Part shown: positions 31,031-42,447 of the stretch, in pieces | Layout of the letters: every line of letters starts with the position of its first letter | Numbering within the stretch: the stretch's first letter is position 1 | NCBI GenBank assembly: GCA_027923505.1 | Contig: BROI01000011.1 | Location: 248,001 to 312,000, forward strand | Source: Mayamaea pseudoterrestris | Taxonomy: Eukaryota | Length of the DNA: 64,000 bases | Direction of reading: 5' to 3' | Position numbers and translations under genes: made by a program | The notes under the pieces: generated by a model | Database searches by the model: none | What the model saw: only the letters and a program-made list of their open reading frames with translations | Told to the model about the DNA's origin: nothing

Positions 31031-32262
31031 ATGGGTGGCAGCAAGGGCTGTGGCATTGGATCCTGCATTTGCTTTCTACTGGTTGCCGGAACGGCCGGAG
31101 CACTGGCCTGGTACTTTACGGCTGGCAATGGCGACGCGACGGATTTGAACGACTCGATTGCCAACGCCTTTGACTTTATCTGGAGCATTTCGGATTTCGA
31201 AAAGGAAGCACCCTTTGAGGAAGTTTCGCCGAACGAAGTGCCGCGATGGCCGAACAATGGACAAGGAATTGAGTTGCAGATTCAGAGTGCGCTGGAGGAT
31301 CGATGGTACGTGTTATGAAGATGCTGCGAATGAATGCGGTGATGCATGAGCTCATTATTAGGGAGAAAAGACTAACCGTTTCATCTTTTTACTTGCAGGT
31401 CCTCCTATTTCGAGCAAGCTGTGAGCGACTGGGACAGTGGCTCGCCCGATGTGTTGACCTTGACATCCACTTCGTCAAGTTACGACCCCGACTGCACTCC
31501 CATTGACGGTCTCATCAAGGTTTGCAACAATGACTACGGTGACACTGGCTGGTATGGAATTAACGAAATATCTGCCATTGGCAAGGAGATTGTCTCAAGC
31601 ATTGCCAAGATGAATGACTATTACTTTTCAGATGATGCTTCTGATCAAGCGGAGCGACGACAATATACAATGTGCCACGAAATGGGTCATGGTGAGTTTA
31701 TTGTGGGTGGAGAGAGTGGATGGGTTTATGCATCGCGACGTGTGAACTACTGATACCGGTAGTGATGCCTTTTTTGGCCAATTTTGTGACTTGGCTTGGT
31801 CTGCTTTCCTTTTCATCACTTATTCACATTTACGCCAACTCTCTGCTTTGTTATATTTCAGGATTTGGATTGCCGCATACGGACGAGTCCTTTACAAATA
31901 CTGATGACGGTGAATGCATGGATTATACCGATTCGCCGGAAAACAATATGCATCCCAATCAAATCAATTTCGATTTTCTAAATAACTTATACGGCGACGG
32001 AACTGGATCTAGTACGAGCGCACCGACGAGCGAAGGCACCAGCAGTGGAGGCGGCCGCAGACGAAGCTTGCGACAGCTGCCAGATTGGGTGCAGGAGGAG
32101 TGGAGACAGATTAGTGCAGCTTCCATTGGGGCTCGAAATAGCCGAGTCCCAGCACATTGGCGAAAACTGCGGTCCAATGAGCTTGGTGATGTGCATGAAG
32201 TGGATTTGGGAGAGGGGTACCGTATAATAGTGGAGCGGTTGTTGCCTCATTGGTTGAACTGA
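31031..32262 (+). CDS. Metzincin-type metalloprotease, paralog B; exons 31031-31305, 31399-31691, 31862-32262 (322 aa)
   Basis: Spliced HEMGHGFGLPH and CMDY (putative Met-turn). Same intron positions and phases as paralog A. Confidence 0.88.
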
Positions 32263-32505
32263 GCGTGAGTGGGACTATTAGGCTTAAAGCAGCAGAATAC
32301 CCATGTGATGCCTGGCAGCATTTGGTTTATGCATGACTATAATGACAAAAAATTGAGCCATTTATAAAGTATATCGTGTAATTAGGATGTTCAGGTGGAG
32401 GAAGATTGGATGAAATTAAACTGTGCTACCATTCGATCTGATGTGCAGCTACGCGCTGGCCACTTGCAGAGATTAAGTATGTAAACACATGCACTGACGA
32501 TAACT

Positions 32506-32578
32506 GCCCGGATAGCTCAGTCGGTAGAGCGCACGACTCTTAATCGTGTGGTCGTGGGTTCGATCCCCACTTCGGGTG
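32506..32578 (+). tRNA. tRNA-Lys(CTT)
   Basis: Acceptor stem GCCCGGA/TTCGGGT, D-arm GCTC...GAGC, anticodon arm CACGA-CT-CTT-AA-TCGTG, T-loop TTCGATC. Confidence 0.97.
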
Positions 32579-32662
32579 TTCCTTTTGTTCTGATAATCTT
32601 TACTTTTGTCCAAGCGCAGCGAGGCACAAATGCTGCGTAATGCTACCATAGCAACACTAGCT

Positions 32663-32735
32663 GCCCGGATAGCTCAGTCGGTAGAGCGCACGACTCTTAA
32701 TCGTGTGGTCGTGGGTTCGATCCCCACTTCGGGTG
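32663..32735 (+). tRNA. tRNA-Lys(CTT), identical second copy
   Basis: Same 73 nt as 32506-32578, repeated with a 157-bp period. Confidence 0.97.
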
Positions 32736-33063
32736 TTTATTTTGGCAAATGTGATTGCCAATATATTATTTTGGTCCTAATCTTTTATAGCTGCGGACGA
32801 TTATGCTTGCGGATGACACAAGAACAGGAGGGAGTCTTTAGGTGATTGATTGTCGTTAGCGATACATACGATTCAAGTGCCGGGGGCGGAAAATTGGGGG
32901 TCATCCGCTGCGTCGATTCACCGGGTTCGTATTCCGAATGTGTATCGCCCGCGTTGATCCAGCTGCATCCATCGCAGCTTCACAATCCCCAGCAGCCCAG
33001 CAGCAGCACGACGTCGTTACCCCTTCTCTCTTGTCTCTACATACATCTTGATTAATTGATAGT

Positions 33064-33797
33064 ATGACTGAGAAGCGAGGTAAATATTGATGCATTTATG
33101 GAGAGTAAAGCGAGGCGCAGAAGACTATGCCTTTGGCTTGACGCTTGGCGCACGTTACAGAGCACTGTATAATCGTTCCAAAGAAAGTGATTGCTCGATG
33201 TAGCATGCCTTCATTATAAATGTACCAAAACGTTTGACTGAATATTGTTTTCACGCAGACCCCGATGCTCCAGTCGAGGATGACATTCCCATGGCGACTG
33301 GCACACCCATTGAGCACGAGGAGCAAGCAGCAGCAGCGGCGTCTACAAAAGCGCACTCGGGAACAACGACGACAACCACCTATACGATTCCGCCGCCGAC
33401 GCCGTATCAAGGACCAGTGTTGCGATCGCTTGGTCGGTGAGTGATTTAAATGATAGAGAGTGGCGATGGAAATGTTTCGCTTGACGACATTCAATGCATG
33501 TGGTTTGACTCATTTGCATCAAGAACTCATTCTTCCACTTCAAAAACTTCTCTCACTACACTATTACTTATCATCAGCCACCCATGTTCCATTACATGTC
33601 CATACTGCCACGCGCAGACGCGTACCTTGCCGCGCAACTCTCCCGACGCCTGCACCATTGTCATTTTTGTCGTCTTGTTGATCGTCTTTTGGCCCATTTG
33701 CTGGCTACCCTTTGTCCTTCCAGACTGTCAAAAGACGGAGCACCAGTGCGCGTCGTGTATGCGTCACGTTGGAACGACGGAGAGTTGTTCAGGATGA
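33064..33797 (+). CDS. LITAF-domain (zinc-ribbon, membrane-associated) protein 1; exons 33064-33079, 33259-33436, 33578-33797 (137 aa)
   Basis: CPYC...hydrophobic stretch FWPICWLPF...HQCASC and a Pro-rich N-terminal part. Exons sum to a multiple of three. Confidence 0.88.
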
Positions 33798-33964
33798 GGA
33801 AATGGTGGAATGAAACTGGGAGTATTGCGCGAAAAATGAGGGCCAGGTATAGTTCTTGGATTAATCGACTCAGCCTTTTATTAAAGCTTATTTGCATGTG
33901 ACATTTGACAGACTATATAAAGGAGACGAAAGAGACAGGATAAGCAGGTCCAAATAAAGCAAAC

Positions 33965-34195
33965 GCTTTTGCAAGTCAATCATGGCGGGGGAACCCCCAC
34001 TTTTCCTCTAACCCGCGCGAGCGGGTGATCACGGGACTGGATTGAACTGGGTCGTGCCACATCCCATGCTAAAAAGCGCGGTTCCTTGGTCTTTGATCGA
34101 TTTTCACGGCATCGCCATTTTTACGGTCGAATGGCGGGACCAAGGAGGCGTTGCATTGCAACCAGCAAGATGTCATGAGAAGCACAAAAAAGCAG
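33965..34195 (+). ncRNA. Candidate structured RNA with telomerase-RNA-like architecture (ends approximate)
   Basis: Closing helix 33980-86/34172-78. Hairpin 33987-98. CTAACCC at 34008-14. GNRA hairpin 34011-26. Possible pseudoknot 34033-82. 9-bp helix 34083-91/34138-46 enclosing 7-bp helix 34113-19/34130-36. TATATAAA at 33914-21. Confidence 0.5.
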
Positions 34196-35129
34196 GGAAT
34201 ATGATTCCGTTGGAATATTTGCCGCGGGACCAAATTGAGTGAGTGAGTCGCCTTTGTTTGAACGAGGTGCAATTTGGTAACATCTTCAATCGTCGACGCG
34301 ACGACCTTAACATGCATGCTTTTGGCTGAAACAGGCGCAATATACCATTTAATATATACTTGATACAATGGACGAGTCAATAGCCTGTTATTACCGCTGT
34401 GGCCAAAGTTTTGGTAGTGTTTCCATTGAGGTGATTTTAGTCATTTTGCAAGAATCGATCCAGCATGACCAAATTTCAAAGTTAAGTATACATTTTGCAC
34501 CATTGCATTCTTAGATCATCAAAGTAGACGATGGTATGCTCAGATTCTCTGTATCGTCATTTTGGACCGAGTTTGATCCCACAGAAGGACGAACTTGCGC
34601 AATCCCGGATTTGAGAACCGATGCGACGCGATTCGTTTCATGCGATGGCCATCGGCACGTAAAGCTACGGTAGCTACCCTAGCCATGCCTACCGGTAGTC
34701 AACAGCATGAACGATACAGTTGTAATTAACAACAGCGGAGGAATGACTGTGGATGTAATCACTAGAAATGCTGCAGCCTTGGCGCCTTCAATGTCCTGCA
34801 ATGGGATCCTTACCAGTTGTCTACAATAGCAAGCTGCTGACTGAGCAACTAGTGTCGCTGTCTCGGGCTAGCCTACATTGGTGATTAATGGAACATTTGA
34901 GCTTGCTGTTAACTGTAAATCTCTTATTCTTGCTCGTCAATTATGCGTTGCATACAAGTTTGCCCCCCGCAACTTGCCGTAGGTAACCAATTATTATTTG
35001 TCGCACAGCCGTCGTACCGTGTCTCCAGGATTCGTGAGCGTCCGTTTCAACTTCATTCTTTCGATCACATTGATCATTGTGGTTCTTCACCTTGCACTCC
35101 TATGGTCTGTCTCCAAAGAAAACTGCGGC

Positions 35130-35833
35130 ATGATTAAAAAACAAGGTATGTAAAATATGCAAAAAGTATAAATTGGTTCAGCATGGCAAGAGCAAGATTG
35201 TAAAGTACGAGTAACGTTCCAATCAGAAGCTTCATCGGCATCATGCTTCCGTCATCGGCATCATGATTGTTGCTCCAAGTATCTGCTTGAAGCGTCCTCA
35301 AGAATGCAGTCCATGTTGTGTTACTGACAGTATTCTCTCCTGACGACTTAGTGGAGCAGGTCAAGGCGGATGATGACATGACAGTTGCAACCGACGCTGC
35401 TTCACACTTCGGGGAGCCGCAGGAAAAGGCTGATGCGCCTGCAGCAGTGAGAGAATTCGCAATTCCTACACCGCCGACAACAAATCCGTACCAGCAGGAA
35501 CCATTGCTGCTTCCAAGGCTTGGTCGGTGAGTATGGAACAAATAATCAAGCTGTTCCTTGACATTCCCCTTTTCCCTCTCATTCCTGGCTGATTCGCTTC
35601 ACACTCCACACAGCCACCGATGTCCCATCACTTGTCCATACTGCCACGAAGATACGCATACGATGCCATGGCACTATCCAGACTGCTGCACCCTGATTGT
35701 AGTCGTCCTTTTGCTCGTCGTCTTTTGGCCCGTTTGCTGGCTTCCACTGGTGCTTCCCGACTGTCAAACCACGGCTCATCGATGCGCCAAATGCTCGCAT
35801 CTTGTGGGAACGACGGCTTGTTTTGGAAGATGA
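35130..35833 (+). CDS. LITAF-domain protein 2; exons 35130-35145, 35331-35526, 35614-35833 (143 aa)
   Basis: CPYC...FWPVCWLPL...HRCAKC. Same 16-nt first exon, 220-nt last exon and intron phases as copy 1. Confidence 0.88.
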
Positions 35834-36008
35834 AGACAGATTTAAAGAGTGAGTTCAAATGAAAAAGAACAATTTGCCACGGCGGCTCTACGTGACAGGC
35901 TCGCAGCGAGGAAACTGAGTTACCTTGTCCTCGAGTCATAGCTACGATATGTCCTACAAAGGAATAGACAACAATTTTAACAGTATAATCAACGTACACA
36001 TACCCATG

Positions 36009-38958
36009 CTAGAACAAAAAGTATCGCTGTCCCAGCGGAACCTTGTCAAGTGGTTCGCAAGTAAGCAGCTCGCCATTCGCATACACTTCAAACGTTTCAG
36101 GATTGACTCTCATTTCCGGCGTTTGATCGTTCAAAATCATGTCCTTTTTGCTAATGTTGCGACAGTTCTTGACGGCTTCCACGCGCTTCACCAATCCAAG
36201 TCGCTCCTTCAGGCCATCCTGCACGGCAGCCGCCGAGACAAAGGCGATCGAATTGCCGGCTGCCGTGGCGGTGGCACCAAACATGGGCCGCATCATGACG
36301 GGTTGAGGCGTCGGAATGCTGGCGTTTGGATCGCCCATTTGAGCGTACGCAATGGTGCCTCCCTTGATGATGGTTTCCGGTTTGGCGCCAAACATGGATG
36401 GTTTCCAAAGCACCAGATCAGCCATCTTTCCCACCTCGACTGATCCAATCAAGTGCGACATGCCATGCGCAATAGCTGGATTGATGGTATACTTGGCAAC
36501 GTAGCGTCTGACGCGAAAGTTGTCGTTATCGCCCGACTCTTCGCTCAAGCGTCCCCGCTGCTGCTTCATTTTACACGCCGTCTGCCACGTTCTTGTCAAG
36601 ACTTCTCCGACGCGGCCCATGGCTTGGCTGTCACTGGAAATCATACTCAGTGCTCCAACGTCGTGCAGTATGTCTTCCGCTGCAATCGTTTCGGCGCGAA
36701 TACGCGACTCGGCAAAGGCAATATCTTCGGGAATGCTAGAGTCCAAATGGTGGCACACCATTAGCATGTCAAGATGCTCGTCGATCGTGTTGATTGTGTA
36801 TGGACGAGTTGGATTCGTGGAACTGGGCAGTACGTGATTCTCTTGGACAATCTTGATAATGTCCGGGGCGTGTCCGCCACCTGCTCCTTCCGTATGGTAC
36901 GTATGAATCGTGCGTCCCTTCATGGCGGCGATGGAATCGTCGACAAAACCTACGCATCAATAACAATTATATGAGATCGAGGGTGCAACGCCCATATATA
37001 GCAAGCTTCTCGCGCTACTTACCAGATTCATTGAGCGTGTCTGTATGAATTGTAATCGCGACATCATGTTCGTCGGCGAACGTCAAGGCGGCATCGATAG
37101 CTGCTGGAGTCGTTCCCTAAGACGAGACCAGTGGAGCTGGCGTAAGTCGTACCATTATATTATCCAAAAATACGTATTTCCTCGCACTTACCCAATCTTC
37201 ATGCAGCTTAAAGCCCGCCGCACCAGCTCGCAGTACGCTCTCCAGCACCTTTGGATCGCTCGTGTTCCCCTTACCAGTGAAACCAAAGTTCATGGCGTAA
37301 CGATCCGTCGCCTGGAGCATCATTTCCACATGCCACGGCGCCGGCGTGCAAGTTGTGGCGCACGATCCAGCCGATGGTCCCGTTCCGCCGCCAAACATGG
37401 TTGTTAATCCGCTCGAAATGGCCTCCTCGATTTGCTGGGGGCAAATGTAATGAATGTGCGTATCAATGCCACCCGCCGTCAAGATGAGTTTCTCGCCCGC
37501 AATGACTTCCGTTGTCGTTCCGACTATCATGTTGGCGTCCACTCCAGACATCATGTCGGAATTTCCTGTGTGTTATTATGAAGGAATTTGCCATTAGCAA
37601 ATGCAATTTATCAGTCGTATGCACGTTCACCCATAATAATTACACTCACCAGCCTTGCCAATCCCAACAATCATGTTACCCTTGATACCAATGTCAGCCT
37701 TGATAATGCCTGCCACAGCATCCACAATCAGCGCGTTCGTAATGACAGTATCCAGCGCCTCGTCCGAAGTGACACTTGTCGCCTGGCCCATGCCTTCGCG
37801 CAAGGTTTTTCCGCCACCAAACTTGCACTCCTCTCCATACGTCGTATAGTCCTGCTCCACTTCGATGACCAAACAAGTATCGCCCAAGACGATTCTGTCG
37901 CCAACGGTTGGTCCGTACATGTCCACGTAGGCGGACCGCTCCATTTCAAAGGGAACGCCCGGCCGGGCCTGGTCGTTTGCTGGCTCGTGCAAGAATCCTC
38001 CAGCATGCACACGCTCCATGATTTCGTCAATGCGATCATCCGAAGCCACTCCGTTGGTCAGCAGATTGCCCGACATAACGTTTTGCTTGCCACCCAAATC
38101 CACCAACGTGACTGTTTTGGTTTCGTGCGGCTCGAACCGCACACTGGCGCCGCTCGGAACGTTGAGGCGCTTGCCAATGCTCACCTGGCGGTCAAACTGC
38201 AATGCTTTATTGGTTTCGACAAACGCGTAGTGACTGCCGACTTGAATGGGGCGGTCGCCAATGTTGACGACGGGAATCTCCAGGAAGTTGCGGCCAGCGT
38301 TGATGGTAATGAGCGAATCGCATGGCAATACTTGACCGGGTTTGTAACCATGTAGCAAGTCGTCATGATGACTATCATCATGTTCATCAAACACTGCTAA
38401 ATCAGGAACAGGCAGAAACGATCCCTTCAACGCCGCCTCCAAGTCTCCATTCTGCCTACAGATTGGATCATGCACCGTCAGTAGCTTGGTGCCATCCGGA
38501 AAGGTGGCCTCCACCTGCACCTGCGCCACCATGTTGGCGACTCCCTCCATGACTTGGTTTCGCCCCAGCAGACACTTGCCCCACTGCATGAGTGTTGCGA
38601 CGCTGGTTTGGCCGCCACGAATCTCCTCCATGATTTGCGTGGCAATCAACGCGATTGCTTCGGGGTGGTTGAGGCGTATTCCGCGCGCCAGTCGATGCTG
38701 CGCCAAGCGACCAGTTTGGTGGAGCTGCAAGTGGTCGCGCTCGCGGGGCGATAAATGATAGCGGCGCATGTGAATATTATGATGGCAGGTTAAATAATTG
38801 ATGGTAGTAGATGTTTTGGCAAAATGTTGAGAAGCCGATGATGTAAACAAGAGTGACGAAGGACTCTCATGAAATCTACCAGCTTCAATCGCCAAAGCAG
38901 CACGACTAGCTCGCTGTCTCCATGGCGAGGATTTGAGGAAGTGCGAAAGGATAGTCAT
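36009..38958 (-). CDS. URE: Urease (single-chain gamma-beta-alpha fusion); exons 38958-37650, 37565-37192, 37116-37023, 36949-36009 (905 aa from the Met at 38958; start uncertain)
   Basis: LSPRE...[90 protein letters not shown], terminal QRYFLF. Confidence 0.98.
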
Positions 38959-39436
38959 GGTCTTGCCAGCAAGCAAGCATGCAAGATATTGCTGCTGCTC
39001 GACTCGAGTCGAGAAGCAAATCTGTTTCCTTGTTGGATTGCGATCCTTTCGTGACGCTTTTGAGTACCGGTATGACAGAATCCACGTCATCAAACACCGC
39101 TACGACTTTCAAAGAAACGTCCGACCAACGGCCACGCAGGCCGCTCCAACCGTTGCATGATGACCCCACGAACTTGTGTACACTCTAGCAGACTCTCGCA
39201 TAAGTAGGCAGTCGTACGAAAACGCGCGGTCAAGCGTGAACCTGGTTGAAACGATTGATCAACGCCGCAGAGCTCTCTCGCAGGCACACACACTCACGCT
39301 GCTGCGCTCCATGGACTCTGGCGCCTTGGACGACTTGGACGACTGTTGAAAGACTATAGCAGCATTGCCTAAGCGTATTGCGCAGTAGACAGCTAAAACC
39401 GCCGCCGCTATTCCCCATTCGCAGCAGCAGCACGTC

Positions 39437-40531
39437 ATGGCGAACACCGACTCCTACCACTCCACATCACCGCAAAGCTCCAAGCACGAAGGCAGTTCGC
39501 AGAGGCAGCTCGATCCGCTGGCGTTGCTCGCTCGTGTCGCGGAAGGCTCGACGAACGCGCAGTCTCCTAGTAATAGTAATGCAGCGGAGGAAACGTTGCA
39601 GCGATTGAATCAACAACAACACAGTCATACAAATACAGCTGCTCCCACCATTCACAACGGCTCACTGCTACCAAACAAGCCGCTGCTGCTGCCTCCCTAC
39701 TTGAATCGCCATACGAGCGGCGAGCACACGGAAACAGCGGCGTCCTTTGGAGACGAGAGCGCCACGACGGATACGAGCGGCGACAGCAATATCAATTTAA
39801 GTAACTGTAACAGTAACAACAATCATACAGCAACCATGATGGAGGAGGAGGAGCCAGTGCAACGTGAACAGCAGCAACAGCAAGAAGCGGAAACAGCACT
39901 ACCAACGAGCGGCGTACTGGCGCGACGCAACAAGCGCCGCCAGCAGCGCGAGGCTCGCGAGGCGAGCGCTCGCACCAAGTCTCACAAGACCCATAGCGAA
40001 CATGATACGTTGCGCGACGTTGCGCCCGAGGAGGAGGAGGAGCAAGTCATGGCGGCGCAAGCTCCCATGGGAATGAATGTAGCTGCCATGCAGCCACGCT
40101 ATTTAATGCAGCAAGGCGGTCACATGATGCCACTGGGAACCGTCACTGCTGCTACCGCTCCATATTCAATGCTCGCAAGTAATTTTGGCATGCAGCCGTT
40201 TCCGCAAGCCTATGGGTCGGCCATGCCATTTGCTAATGATCCATCGCCCTTTAGCTACGCCAATGCGCAAGCGGCAGCCTTTCGTCAAGCGGAACTGCAG
40301 GCGGCGTATGCGCAGCAGCAGCAATCTGCCATGATGATGGCCATGGCTCCTTCAGCAGCAGCTTCAAGTGGCGTCCTTGGTGCAAGCATGGCAGGAGCAC
40401 ATTTGCAAGTGCAGCAGCAGGAGGAGAGGGGCAATGGCGAGGTTCCATGGTATGAATCGGGCATTGTGGATGATGACAGCGAGATGGATCTGACCATTCT
40501 GGAAGCCGAGCCGTTTACGTTGTTTCTCTAA
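39437..40531 (+). CDS. Hypothetical Gln/Ala/Met-rich low-complexity protein (364 aa), possibly a nuclear regulator
   Basis: Long ORF, basic cluster RRNKRR and the motif LALLARVA. Divergent from urease. Confidence 0.65.
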   Translation: MANTDSYHSTSPQSSKHEGSSQRQLDPLALLARVAEGSTNAQSPSNSNAAEETLQRLNQQQHSHTNTAAPTIHNGSLLPNKPLLLPPYLNRHTSGEHTETAASFGDESATTDTSGDSNINLSNCNSNNNHTATMMEEEEPVQREQQQQQEAETALPTSGVLARRNKRRQQREAREASARTKSHKTHSEHDTLRDVAPEEEEEQVMAAQAPMGMNVAAMQPRYLMQQGGHMMPLGTVTAATAPYSMLASNFGMQPFPQAYGSAMPFANDPSPFSYANAQAAAFRQAELQAAYAQQQQSAMMMAMAPSAAASSGVLGASMAGAHLQVQQQEERGNGEVPWYESGIVDDDSEMDLTILEAEPFTLFL

Positions 40532-41751
40532 TGTTTTTCGTGGAATGAGTCTTGCTTTGTAGTGAACATGTAACGTCCATGTACTGGTATATCATGAATG
40601 TTTTGAGCGGAATATCACAAATCAACGCAACTTGCTAGCTTCAAAAGTTGCATCACTGTATCGTTTGTGTATACATGGTAGTATTCCTTGAGACATTCGT
40701 AGCAATACCCTTGCCAAGCGACTGATGTACTCTACTTGGCAGACAGCTCGAACATGAAGATGAATCATACGTCGTAATGCATGATCGTCACCTTTTTCTA
40801 TTTGTATCGATGATACGCAAACACTACGAATGATGCTGCCCAGAAGCTGCGGTTCGGTTGCATGGACAAAGTACTTGTCAACCTTGTTCTGCAAAGACGA
40901 GCACACAAATAGCTCACGTCCTACCGGTACTAATGCGACAATCAATTCAATTCTCCGACACAACGGGTGTCCATAACGAGAATCGAGGGAATCGAGGGAA
41001 GAAAGGCTCAGACTGGCTCTTCGAAACGTGTATAACGACTAAGCGGTGTACGAATCACGAATGCCATCGCCCGTGGCCTTTTGGAATCCCATTTGTCACT
41101 TCATGTCCCCGTATTGGGTATAAGGTATGATGACCAACACATAGTTTCTTGCTGCTCCTTTGGAGACGCTTCGCTGTTCCTGACGAATAGAATAGAAGCT
41201 CCGGCACGACAACAAGTAGGGCTCTACACAGCCGGCGTAGCGCCAAGCTAGCTCGTACCGCTGTGGCTCATGCCTGCAGCGTCTTGGCGTTTCAGCAATC
41301 GCAAAAATCACAATGACAGTTCCATCGCCAGTAGCGAGCAGTACTAGAAGCGCCGACCACAATACGATATCAACATAGCGATAGTGCTACGTACTTCTAC
41401 TATCGCAAGATCTGTCTGTTAAACGTCCATTAGCGAACTTGGCCAACCAGTGAGCCTATAATCTCAGTGATCCCAGAGAATGAGAAATGTCGCGGATGGG
41501 TAAATTATTGAAAACGGGTGACGTTTCTTTAAACGTCAGAAATACTCAATAATGACTTCGACGTGGCTCCAATCAGCAATGATATTTTCTTCCGCGCAAG
41601 CTTCTTCCTGTGCCACGCCAATAACACAAGCTAAGGCTTATATATTGGTGTCAATGTACGAGTATTGCCGGACCATTTCAAAGATTGTCCAGTGTGAATG
41701 CTGCACAGAATCAAAATACTCGCCACCCATCACTTGCACACAATTTGCCGC

Positions 41752-42447
41752 ATGATGATCATCGCCCACCTTGAACGCGCGGTTTGCCTCATGGCGTCTG
41801 GGAGCTATATAGAAGCGGTTTCTGTGCTCGATCAAACGCTACAAGAACTTCGAACAAACTTTCTGGCTCAAGAGGAGGAACTTGTCGATGAAGCCGACTC
41901 TGCTTCTTTGGATGAACTCATGCCGTCTCCTACCTTGAACGCAATTCTTGGACCTATTTGCGCGGCAACAGCTTGCGAGACCCTTAGCACAGGCGAATAC
42001 CCAATATACAAACGAGCCATGCTTGTCAGCGGAATGGTAGACGAGTCTGTCCTATCGAATGAAGTGAACGTCGCCGTGATCAGTGCTGTTGTTCTTTTCA
42101 ACAAGGGACTCATCTTTCATATTTTAGGCCAAGGCAATTCCAAGTGTTTGGCTATCGAGACTTACATCACAAGAGCTAGAACTATTTATAATAAGGCGCT
42201 GTGTCTTATTACAGCATGCTCGCCATCTACCTGCGATAACTTTTGGCTCAAGTCGATCCTTTTGAATAACCTTGGCCAAATTTGCTTTTACAAATGCGAC
42301 CGCACAGGAGAACAGCTTTGTCTAATGGAGATGGAGAAGCTACTGATTCATCGCGTCGAAGATAATGCGATTGAAGGCGAGGAGACGGATCTCCAGCTGA
42401 ATGTTGTGCTCCTATTTGGTGTGCACCGGCCATCTCCGGCGGCCTGA
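41752..42447 (+). CDS. Hypothetical helical-repeat (TPR-like) protein
   Basis: GSYIEAVSVL, SAVVLFNKGLIFH and ILLNNLGQI helical motifs. Confidence 0.7.
   Translation: MMIIAHLERAVCLMASGSYIEAVSVLDQTLQELRTNFLAQEEELVDEADSASLDELMPSPTLNAILGPICAATACETLSTGEYPIYKRAMLVSGMVDESVLSNEVNVAVISAVVLFNKGLIFHILGQGNSKCLAIETYITRARTIYNKALCLITACSPSTCDNFWLKSILLNNLGQICFYKCDRTGEQLCLMEMEKLLIHRVEDNAIEGEETDLQLNVVLLFGVHRPSPAA

Noticed and set aside
32606..32845. 79-aa ORF overlapping the second tRNA
   Set aside because: Spurious translation of the tRNA-Lys gene.
33900..34260. Spliceosomal snRNA, U3, SRP or RNase P/MRP identity for the structured segment
   Set aside because: I could not find their hallmark motifs (e.g. 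ACTTACCTG, GTAGTA, ACAGAGA, C/D boxes, P4 consensus) on either strand by eye. A covariance-model search is still needed.
40622..41362. Several short ORFs between the Gln-rich gene and the TPR-like gene
   Set aside because: No motifs or consistent splice structure; treated as intergenic.
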